From a virus (taxonomy: Duplodnaviria; Caudoviricetes): a stretch of 53,979 nucleotides of DNA. The stretch lies in the IMG/VR virus record IMGVR_UViG_3300032053_000102, positions 1 to 53,979 of that record. One strand, written 5' to 3'. Position numbers and translations under genes: made by a program. This document shows positions 47,516 through 53,979 of the stretch, in pieces (positions within the stretch are counted from its first letter, which is position 1; every line of letters begins with the position of its first letter). The notes beneath the pieces are model-generated. The model was not told the DNA's origin and made no database searches. It was given only the letters and a program-made list of their open reading frames with translations.

Positions 47516-47691
47516 CTTTTACAATTGATGTTCCTATTGCCTCTGGTTACTTGAGTCATAAAGTGGAAGCCGAATCAAAAGAAGAAGCTATAGAAAAACT
47601 TCTTGCTTATGAACCCGTTTTTGAAGAACCAGAGTATTCAGTTGTCCTTGATCTTGACACTAACAAATGGGAGGTATCTTCTGATGAGTGA
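47512..47691 (+). CDS. small 'VEAxxxEEA' protein
   Basis: MTFTIDVPIASG..KVEAESKEEA..NKWEV. Confidence 0.65.
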   Translation: MTFTIDVPIASGYLSHKVEAESKEEAIEKLLAYEPVFEEPEYSVVLDLDTNKWEVSSDE

Positions 47692-48121
47692 CAAAATGCG
47701 ATGGCGATATGGTGATACAAACCCGGTGGTGGCGGCAGTAAACGCTGACATAGTGATTGAGATTGGCGATCTGGTATGGCAGGACATTAATAATGCCAAA
47801 TCGGCTTCTTTCTGTTCCAGTCAAGCAGCGTTTTGTAACAATTTCTTGGGTGTGGCCATGCAGCGAAGTCGCTATGGTGAAACCACACCGATTCGTGTAG
47901 CCACTACCGGCGTGTTCGAGTTCGACTGCCCGCTGGTCGCATGCGAATTGGGCGACCTGACTGGTCCGGACCATGTCAACAATGTCCTGATGAATCAGCA
48001 AGTAATGATGGTCACTGCACCCTGGTACGCAATTGGCCGCGTGGCCAAACGTCAACCAGAAGTTGTTCGTAGTGTATTGGTTGACATCCGTTCCACACTT
48101 ATGACAGGAGGTATAAGATGA
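47684..48121 (+). CDS. DUF2190/capsid-cement-like protein, GC-rich
   Basis: MSDKMRWRYGDTNPV..IEIGDLV..FLGVA..IRVATTGVFEF; SD GGAGG; visibly more GC-rich than its flanks. Confidence 0.55.
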   Translation: MSDKMRWRYGDTNPVVAAVNADIVIEIGDLVWQDINNAKSASFCSSQAAFCNNFLGVAMQRSRYGETTPIRVATTGVFEFDCPLVACELGDLTGPDHVNNVLMNQQVMMVTAPWYAIGRVAKRQPEVVRSVLVDIRSTLMTGGIR

Positions 48122-48287
48122 TAGATATGATTGCAGTTTGTGATCGTGACGACAATACAGGCTTTTGTAAAGCCTGTGGCAAAGAAGTATCAGGTGTAGA
48201 ACCTGATGCACGTAACTATGAATGTGATGCTTGCGGTAAGCATCAAGTGTTTGGGCTGCGGAACTTTTGATAGAAGGAGTTTCATAA
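48118..48287 (+). pseudogene. Zn-ribbon gene with a probable 1-nt deletion near the 3' end
   Basis: GFCKACG..GVEPDARNYECDACG..VFG then stop 48268-48270; adding one G at 48253-48255 gives FGAAELLIEGVS* coupled (TAATG) to the next gene. Confidence 0.55.
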
Positions 48288-48829
48288 TGCAAATGCAAAT
48301 TGAAGAGTTTGCTTGTTCTGAGATGGCTGATGCCACAGAAGAACAAAATCAAGAAGTTCTCGAATTAGTCGAAAAACTTGGATTGGATGGTCAATCCAAG
48401 TTGAAGACTGGAATCATGCCTTATCCTGAAGTGACAGGAGAGCAAAAGTTTGTTCTTGATGTCTTAACTCCAACTCGCGTAAACGTGAAGCAGTATTCCA
48501 GGACTGCTATCCCGCTTCGTGTTCTGCAAATTGCAGCACACGCAACTGAAATTGGATTTTTTGAGGAAATCCAAGTGTGGGACACAAAGGGTGTGGAGAA
48601 AGACCCCGTCCTTGTTGGTAAGAAAAGTTACACTTACTACTTACTAGCACGTTGGGGTGAACATCTTGACAACTGGACCATGATGGCCATGAAAGCGACT
48701 AAGATGGCAAAAATGGAAATGATCGGAAAGCTCAACACTTTACGTTCCGATCTTGATACCCGACTTGCACGTCTTGGTTCTGACACATTTTGTCAAGAGG
48801 ATTTGACTAAGACAGGGTTCTATGTGTAA
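48287..48829 (+). CDS. conserved hypothetical phage protein
   Basis: SD AAGGAG; 'IPLRVLQ', 'KDPVLVG', 'YLLARWG'. Confidence 0.65.
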   Translation: MQMQIEEFACSEMADATEEQNQEVLELVEKLGLDGQSKLKTGIMPYPEVTGEQKFVLDVLTPTRVNVKQYSRTAIPLRVLQIAAHATEIGFFEEIQVWDTKGVEKDPVLVGKKSYTYYLLARWGEHLDNWTMMAMKATKMAKMEMIGKLNTLRSDLDTRLARLGSDTFCQEDLTKTGFYV

Positions 48830-48838
48830 GAAGTGGTT

Positions 48839-48888
48839 TCCTTGGGATCACAAGGAGATCAAAGCAGGTTCGAGTCCCGCCCAAGGAA
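48839..48888 (+). ncRNA. armless tRNA-like element (acceptor stem + T-arm + one short hairpin)
   Basis: TCCTTGG/CCAAGGA 7-bp stem, discriminator A, T-arm GCAGG-TTCGAGT-CCCGC, inner GATC-ACAAGGA-GATC. Confidence 0.6.
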
Positions 48889-48890
48889 CT

Positions 48891-48968
48891 AGAGTATGTA
48901 GAATAGGTTTGACAATGGCCGAACACATATTTGGCATGGGGATGACAAATATGCTTTCTACATACTCT
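48891..48968 (+). ncRNA. candidate structured RNA, copy 1 (three-way junction)
   Basis: 13-bp closing stem AGAGTATGTAGAA/TTCTACATACTCT; inner hairpin CATATTTG/CAAATATG. Confidence 0.55.
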
Positions 48969-48974
48969 TTAATT

Positions 48975-49051
48975 ATATGTAGGATAGTGGACTGAAGACC
49001 ACGACAAGTAGTTTCTAAATTTTGCCTCCCTAGAGACTATTTCCTACATAT
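48975..49051 (+). ncRNA. candidate structured RNA, copy 2 (three-way junction)
   Basis: 10-bp closing stem ATATGTAGGA/TCCTACATAT; inner GTGG/CCAC and TAGTTTCTA/TAGAGACTA hairpins. Confidence 0.55.
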
Positions 49052-49054
49052 TAA

Positions 49055-49138
49055 GCCCAGGTGATGGAATTGGTATTCATATCGGATTTAAAATCCGAGG
49101 TCCATTTGGACATGCGGGTTCGAGTCCCGCCCTGGGTA
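49055..49138 (+). tRNA. tRNA-Leu(TAA), long variable arm, CCA not encoded
   Basis: GCCCAGG/CCTGGGT acceptor, TCGGA-TTTAAAA-TCCGA anticodon arm, GCGGG-TTCGAGT-CCCGC T-arm. Confidence 0.92.
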
Positions 49139-49151
49139 CTGAAAGGAAGGT

Positions 49152-49340
49152 ATGACAAACATAGTAAAATTTTTGATGGACAAAGGTATGAAACTAATTG
49201 ACATTGAATCATTTTTAGACGAAAAGGAGAACATTATGGGTCTTGAAGTTATGCAAGAAGCTATAAAATTAATGGAAGCAGAAGGTATGAAACCATCTAC
49301 ACTTTCTTTCATGGGCAAGAGTCAAGATATTAAATCCTGA
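49152..49340 (+). CDS. hypothetical protein
   Basis: ORF directly after the tRNA. Confidence 0.45.
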   Translation: MTNIVKFLMDKGMKLIDIESFLDEKENIMGLEVMQEAIKLMEAEGMKPSTLSFMGKSQDIKS

Positions 49341-49461
49341 TTATCATGGTAAATTGGGCAAAGTGCTTCATACGGAAATTAACATGTTTGGCCTTCCACT
49401 GGTTGTTGAGAAGGGTAGGGACATTTGTTTCTATCCCTCGGAATTAGCAGAGGAGAATTAA

Positions 49462-49668
49462 ATGAACAAAGCCAAGATGATTCGAGAAACATTCGATCAA
49501 CTTGGCTGGGATACAAAAACGAAAGATATTAAGGAAACACTAAAACAGAAAGGAGTTGACACTACATCCCAGCAAGTATCGAATATACGGGCAGAATGCA
49601 AGGTGATTACAATTAAAATAAACCGAAGAATGGAGGTACGAATCTATGCAACTAGGGATAATTTATAG
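49462..49668 (+). CDS. hypothetical, possible DNA-binding protein
   Basis: SD GAGGAG; basic and helical. Confidence 0.5.
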   Translation: MNKAKMIRETFDQLGWDTKTKDIKETLKQKGVDTTSQQVSNIRAECKVITIKINRRMEVRIYATRDNL

Positions 49669-49967
49669 TCAGCATGTGAAAATCCTGGACCCCCCATTTT
49701 GATCTAGAGATCAAGGATTCAGGTGGCAAGATGTGAAGATCACTTGTCCTATGTGTTTGAAAATCGGCAAAAATACCTTTAACGGAGGATTTGCTATATG
49801 AGCTTAAAAGAAAGCATCAAGTTACTATGGAGAAATGGTGGGATAATTAAATTCTTTTGTCCCTTGCAAAAGATAGATGGACAATGGATGATTATGCTGC
49901 CATATTTTCGGTGGTATAATGAAACTTGGCATTTTTCAATGAGGTCTATTAACAGGAGAAAATAGAT

Positions 49968-50882
49968 ATGAGAGAATTTGTAATGCTTGCAAAAGTGTAT
50001 GAAAATCAAGATGTCCGGGGCTGGTACATGAGTGAAAAGATGGATGGTATGCGTGCCTGGTGGGATGGGGGTATCACACGCGGACGTGATACACGCGAGA
50101 TACCTTGGGCAAATAATCAGAAATCAAGTGGAATATCTACGGGTCTCTGGTCTAGATATGGGAAGGTAATACATGCACCTTTTGAATGGGTGGATCAGTT
50201 GCCAAAGATACCACTAGATGGTGAACTCTGGCTGGGACGTGGTAATTTCCAAGAGACCATGAGTGTGTGCCGCCAAAAGGTGGGAGACGCAAGATGGAAG
50301 AGCGTGAAGTACAAGGTGTTTGATCTACCGTCATATGACGTTGTGTTTATGACGGGTGACATACGGAATCCAAATATAAGTATTAAGTTGGATACTTGCC
50401 TTGATTTCATTGGTAGGGACAAGATCAAGGCACCTTTGCCTTTTTATCTTGTTGTTGATATGTTTGGTAGTGTGACTTGGCCCGACAACTGTGAACCGGT
50501 GACTCAGTATAAGATTTCTGATGTTTCCGATCTAACTGATTACTTGGAAGTAGTGGTCAAACTAGGTGGTGAAGGTTTGATGATCAGACATCCTGGTTCT
50601 TATTGGGTGCCTTCACGTTCTCAGTTCCTACTCAAATACAAACCCTATATCGACGATATGGGATTGGTGGTCGGTTGGGAGCCTGGCAAGGGGAAATACG
50701 AAGGCATGGTAGGTTCCCTAGTGATAGAGTGGTGTGGTCGTCGATTCCAGCTCTCTGGATTCTCGGATCAAGAAAGAAAGATTGGACACTTTAAGATTGG
50801 CGAAAGAGTAGAGTTTCGCTATCGAGAATTATCTGATGGTGGACTACCCAAAGAAGCAAGGTATCAAAGGAGGGAAACATGA
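49968..50882 (+). CDS. ATP-dependent DNA ligase
   Basis: SEKMDG, LDGELW, VFD, EGLMIR, LLKYK, OB-fold tail. Confidence 0.92.
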   Translation: MREFVMLAKVYENQDVRGWYMSEKMDGMRAWWDGGITRGRDTREIPWANNQKSSGISTGLWSRYGKVIHAPFEWVDQLPKIPLDGELWLGRGNFQETMSVCRQKVGDARWKSVKYKVFDLPSYDVVFMTGDIRNPNISIKLDTCLDFIGRDKIKAPLPFYLVVDMFGSVTWPDNCEPVTQYKISDVSDLTDYLEVVVKLGGEGLMIRHPGSYWVPSRSQFLLKYKPYIDDMGLVVGWEPGKGKYEGMVGSLVIEWCGRRFQLSGFSDQERKIGHFKIGERVEFRYRELSDGGLPKEARYQRRET

Positions 50883-51325
50883 AATTAGTAAGTCTTACAG
50901 GTGTTTTGCTTTTTGAAGATGATTCTTCAACAATCCTGGAAACTTTGCATTTTGCAATGAAAGGAGGAGCCGACCTACAGGGAGCCGACCTACTGGAAAC
51001 TAACCTACTGGGAGCCAACCTACTGGGAGCCGACCTACGAGGAGCCAACCTACTGGAAACTAACCTACGAGGAGCCAAAGATGGTGATAAAGAAATCCTG
51101 AATATAATACAATGTTCAGGTATTGGAAGTAGAAGAAGAATGACAACTGCTGTGATCTTAAAGGATGAGATCAAAATATATTGTAGTTGTTTCACTGGGA
51201 GCATAACAGAGTTTGATGATCGGATCAAAGTAGTATATGCTAATAGTCCTAAGCATTTGATGGAATACCAAGCTACGATTGCTTGGATTCTAGCAAATGC
51301 TGAAATAGAAAGGAGGGAAGCATGA
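50879..51325 (+). CDS. pentapeptide-repeat protein
   Basis: About seven (A/T)(D/N)L repeats encoded by 15-nt tandem repeats at about 50966-51078. Confidence 0.85.
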   Translation: MKLVSLTGVLLFEDDSSTILETLHFAMKGGADLQGADLLETNLLGANLLGADLRGANLLETNLRGAKDGDKEILNIIQCSGIGSRRRMTTAVILKDEIKIYCSCFTGSITEFDDRIKVVYANSPKHLMEYQATIAWILANAEIERREA

Positions 51326-51637
51326 ACATTATTGTGGATAGAAAGGACTTGGCTTTTGGAGAAGATTACAGGATCAAAGAATCCTGGACCAAAAATTTGG
51401 AACCCTAGAATAAGGAGGTACATGCTATGCAAGTGATTTTGATGCAAGTGATTTTGATGCTTGGTGCTGTCACTGATTTTCAGGTGGAACCAATAAAATT
51501 GAATGGAATCATTCAATTTAGTTACGTGGTGCAGGTCGATGAACTTACAAAGAATGACGCATACTAAAACGGTTACATTGAAACAAGCTCTTGTGTTTAA
51601 GTGGAAAATTCATCAAATAAAGAAGGAGGGTGAATAA

Positions 51638-51868
51638 ATGGACGTAGTAGTGACTAAAGCGACTGAAGCACCTGATGCCTTGCCTTTTAGCGACCTGGAT
51701 GTGGGTGCCATATTCCGGTTGGATACTGGGAAAGCGGTGTATATGAAGGTGCGACTACGGCATGAAGAAGGGTACAAGATGGTGGAATTGATGACTGGTC
51801 ATGCGTATCCACCATCTAGATCGTTGTGTTTGGAACTAGAGGCAGAAGTAAGAGTTAAGGACTGGTGA
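51638..51868 (+). CDS. hypothetical protein
   Basis: SD AAGGAGG; 'FSDLDVGAIF'. Confidence 0.6.
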   Translation: MDVVVTKATEAPDALPFSDLDVGAIFRLDTGKAVYMKVRLRHEEGYKMVELMTGHAYPPSRSLCLELEAEVRVKDW

Positions 51869-51893
51869 TTTAAAACCAGGAAAAGGAGACTGA

Positions 51894-52805
51894 ATGATCA
51901 AGTATCTTAGTCCAACAAGTCTGCAAGCCTGGCGTAAAGATAAAACTGAGTTTTATCTCAGGTATTTAGCGGAGGATAGAGTACCACGTTTCCCACAAAC
52001 CAAACACATGGCTGTTGGTTCAGCTTTTGATGCTTATGTCAAAAGCGAGTTGGGAAGAATGATTGGAGTTGAGGTGGATTTTGAAGAATTATTTGAGAAA
52101 CAAGTGGAATCGGAGAATAGGGAAATAGCGAGAATTGATGGGAAGATCGTAATGGAAAGGTATAAGGGCCTCGGGTGCCTTGCTGATTTAGTAACAATGA
52201 TTCAAGGATGTGCTCGATTTGAATTTACTGTAATGACAGAAGCAAAAGGGAAGGAGGTAGGGGAAGATGGAGGTCTTACTTTACTTGGCAGACCAGACGC
52301 TTACTTCACTGATCGTTATGGCAATGATATTATACTTGATTGGAAAGTTAATGGCTTTTATAGTAAGAGCCGTTTATCGCCAATGAAGGGGTATATGAAG
52401 TTGAGACCTGGTGGGGAATGTCACCGGGATGCGATAGTAATGGATCATCGGGGAGTGCAATGCAATATAAGTTACGGGTTAGAAGTATGTAACGAGGTTT
52501 GGGCGTTACAACTTGCTACATACTCTTGGCTGACTGGTCAGCAGATTGGTTCCGATTTTATCGCGGCCATTGATCAAATTGTTGGCCCTGACTTGCGAGT
52601 GGCAGAGTATCGTGGAGTAATAGGAGCAGAGTATCAATGGAAGTTGTATGAAGAATATACAGAATTGTGGGAGATTGTGAAATCAGGTTGGATATTTCGT
52701 GAGATGTCGGAGGGTTCATCGAGGGAGAGGCAAGAGATTTTAGACAAACAAGCACAAGGATTACGGGAAGGAGGCGAATGGTTTTCGAGTGTCACACGCG
52801 GTTGA
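51894..52805 (+). CDS. PD-(D/E)XK (RecB-like) exonuclease
   Basis: 'YLSPTSL', 'GSAFD', 'GRPD', 'ILDWK', 'QLATY'. Confidence 0.8.
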   Translation: MIKYLSPTSLQAWRKDKTEFYLRYLAEDRVPRFPQTKHMAVGSAFDAYVKSELGRMIGVEVDFEELFEKQVESENREIARIDGKIVMERYKGLGCLADLVTMIQGCARFEFTVMTEAKGKEVGEDGGLTLLGRPDAYFTDRYGNDIILDWKVNGFYSKSRLSPMKGYMKLRPGGECHRDAIVMDHRGVQCNISYGLEVCNEVWALQLATYSWLTGQQIGSDFIAAIDQIVGPDLRVAEYRGVIGAEYQWKLYEEYTELWEIVKSGWIFREMSEGSSRERQEILDKQAQGLREGGEWFSSVTRG

Positions 52806-52863
52806 CTGGATTCCTGGCCAGATTCAGTTGATCTTTTAATCACGGCTTAATAAGGAGACGACA

Positions 52864-53118
52864 ATGACGAGTGTTGATCTATTGAGACAGATCGAAAGAT
52901 TTGTAGGTAAGGTTAATGAGGACGATCTGGAAGATATGGTTTTCAAGATCCGAACGACTCTTGGTGTACAGGAAGTTGATTGTGTTGTCGGTGATTGTGA
53001 CATTACTTTCTCAGATTATGATGATGCTACGATCACAGTAGAATTGGATGATATTGTTGGTGCTCGTTGGGTTGCGTCCGGTACGATTAGCGATGGTACT
53101 TTGGGTGGAACTTACTAA
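52864..53118 (+). CDS. acidic hypothetical protein
   Basis: SD AAGGAG. Confidence 0.55.
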   Translation: MTSVDLLRQIERFVGKVNEDDLEDMVFKIRTTLGVQEVDCVVGDCDITFSDYDDATITVELDDIVGARWVASGTISDGTLGGTY

Positions 53119-53124
53119 GGAGAA

Positions 53125-53352
53125 ATGATGGCTAAGCCACGCTTTCATGTTTCATCTTTTAACAATACAGTCACAGTGCAAATGAATGAAGATTTTGCCT
53201 GTGAGTTATTTGATTTAATTAGGATGAAGCCAGGTATAAGTCCTACTTTATTTGCTTTGAGTGAGAAAATCGAGAATCAATTTTACTTCATGGGGAAATT
53301 GACAAAGCGGCCTGATAGAATACCCCTGGAGTCGGAGGAATCGGTGGCATAA
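53125..53352 (+). CDS. hypothetical protein
   Basis: SD AAGGAG; last gene before the terminator. Confidence 0.55.
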   Translation: MMAKPRFHVSSFNNTVTVQMNEDFACELFDLIRMKPGISPTLFALSEKIENQFYFMGKLTKRPDRIPLESEESVA

Positions 53353-53356
53353 GTGT

Positions 53357-53397
53357 AGACCAGCACACCTTTTTGGTGTGCTGGTCTTTTTCTTTTT
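53357..53397 (+). terminator. intrinsic terminator
   Basis: 13-bp stem AGACCAGCACACC/GGTGTGCTGGTCT plus T tract. Confidence 0.9.
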
Positions 53398-53705
53398 AGA
53401 TCAAATCTGGTCTAGGCTAGGAAGCGTAATAGGGCGACGGGGAGAGGATGGTCCAGATATAGCTGAGTGCCTAGAATCGGCTCCAGTGACGATGCTATGG
53501 GCCTAGAATCGGGTACAGTGGGCTTTGGGTCTAATGGGCTTTGGGTTACTGGACTTACTAACTAAGACCCTATTCTATACTCTACTATTCTCTCTCTCTC
53601 TCTCTCTCTCTCTAATATAGTATATAAGGAACTTAGGAAGTAGTTATTGACACACCTAAACGGGTGGTCTGTAGTCAAATTGACTATAGACCAGATTTGA
53701 TCTAA
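53396..53705. repeat. perfect 19-bp inverted repeat pair
   Basis: TTAGATCAAATCTGGTCTA (53396-53414) and TAGACCAGATTTGATCTAA (53687-53705). Confidence 0.9.
53589..53612 (+). repeat. (TC)12 microsatellite
   Basis: Direct reading of the sequence. Confidence 0.95.
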
Positions 53706-53836
53706 TAAATAATTGGGGTATTGTTGATCAACAATAAGGTGTACAATAAGGTGTAGTCAATTTGACTACAGGTGTATGATAAGGTGTAGTCAATTTGACT
53801 ACAGGTGTATGATAAGGTGTAGTCAATTTGACTACA
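53670..53836. repeat. four 19-bp palindromes TGTAGTCAAWTTGACTAYA, three at a 33-bp period
   Basis: Copies start at 53670, 53752, 53785 and 53818. Confidence 0.92.
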
Positions 53837-53863
53837 GTCTTAATACACCTGTAGTCAACAGGT

Positions 53864-53979
53864 TTCGTGCTTCGTGCTTTGTGCTTCGTGCTTCGTGCTT
53901 CGTGCTTCGTGCTTCGTGCTTCGTGCTTCGTGCTTCGTGCTTCGTGCTTCGTGCTTCGTGCTTCGTGCTTCGTGCTTCG
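53864..53979 (+). repeat. (TTCGTGC)n heptamer tandem array running off the window end
   Basis: About 16 copies, one variant TTTGTGC. Confidence 0.95.

Noticed and set aside
47660-48352. 230-aa minus-strand ORF and other short antisense ORFs in the track
   Set aside because: They lie opposite well-supported genes, lack SDs or motifs, and run against operon direction
48985-49045. Hammerhead ribozyme suggested by CTGAAGA
   Set aside because: No stem II followed by GAAA and no matching cleavage triplet geometry
51427-51460. 15-bp tandem duplication ATGCAAGTGATTTTG in a gene-poor stretch
   Set aside because: Only two copies within short doubtful ORFs; most likely a local duplication in a decaying gene
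50791-51516. 241-aa minus-strand ORF with SRLAP repeats
   Set aside because: Antisense shadow of the pentapeptide-repeat gene; the + strand genes have SDs and coherent products
51894-52805. Cas4 or CRISPR-associated nuclease
   Set aside because: Lacks the four-Cys Fe-S arrangement and CRISPR context; treated as a generic phage PD-(D/E)XK exonuclease
53746-53836. CRISPR-like array of palindromic repeats
   Set aside because: Intervening 14-nt sequences are identical and too short to be spacers; no cas genes. It is a tandem repeat.
53670-53836. Canonical chromosomal parS (TGTTTCACGTGAAACA)
   Set aside because: Sequence and length differ; only the parS-like hypothesis is retained

Overview
About 54 kb of an AT-rich, long-tailed (siphovirus-like) dsDNA phage genome. 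It is incomplete: it starts inside the scaffold gene, has no terminase, portal, integrase or clear endolysin, and ends in a (TTCGTGC)n tract. Layout: (1) 1-19.7 kb, + strand, virion module: scaffold, capsid, two tail-tube paralogs, a frameshifting tail chaperone, tape measure and tail-tip genes, then a glycosyltransferase, a permuted NlpC/P60 protein and a metallophosphoesterase. (2) 19.7-25.4 kb, - strand: primase-helicase, DUF5664, adenine MTase, DEDDh exonuclease and dCMP deaminase. (3) A mirror-symmetric divergent control region at 25.36-25.74 kb. (4) 25.7-44.8 kb, + strand: ParB-like protein, probable SSB, a poly-Asp micropeptide, four more glycosyltransferases and a radical SAM enzyme, SNF2 helicase, ThyX and a degenerate ThyX-like gene, 5'-nucleotidase, CsrA, a second ParB carrying a LAGLIDADG intein, family A DNA polymerase, VRR-NUC and class II RNR. 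(5) 44.8-53.4 kb, probable early region: sigma factor, small ORFs, a structured-RNA cassette ending in tRNA-Leu(TAA), ATP ligase and PD-(D/E)XK nuclease. (6) A non-coding end with inverted repeats, four 19-bp palindromes and microsatellites. A Planctomycetota host is inferred from recalled protein resemblances only. The best leads are the intein in the ParB CTP-binding loop, the armless tRNA-like RNA plus twin three-way-junction RNAs in a CsrA-encoding phage, the five-glycosyltransferase system, the mirrored promoter/operator module with a probable ATT start, and the parS-like palindrome array. All calls come from motif recognition by eye; no searches were run.
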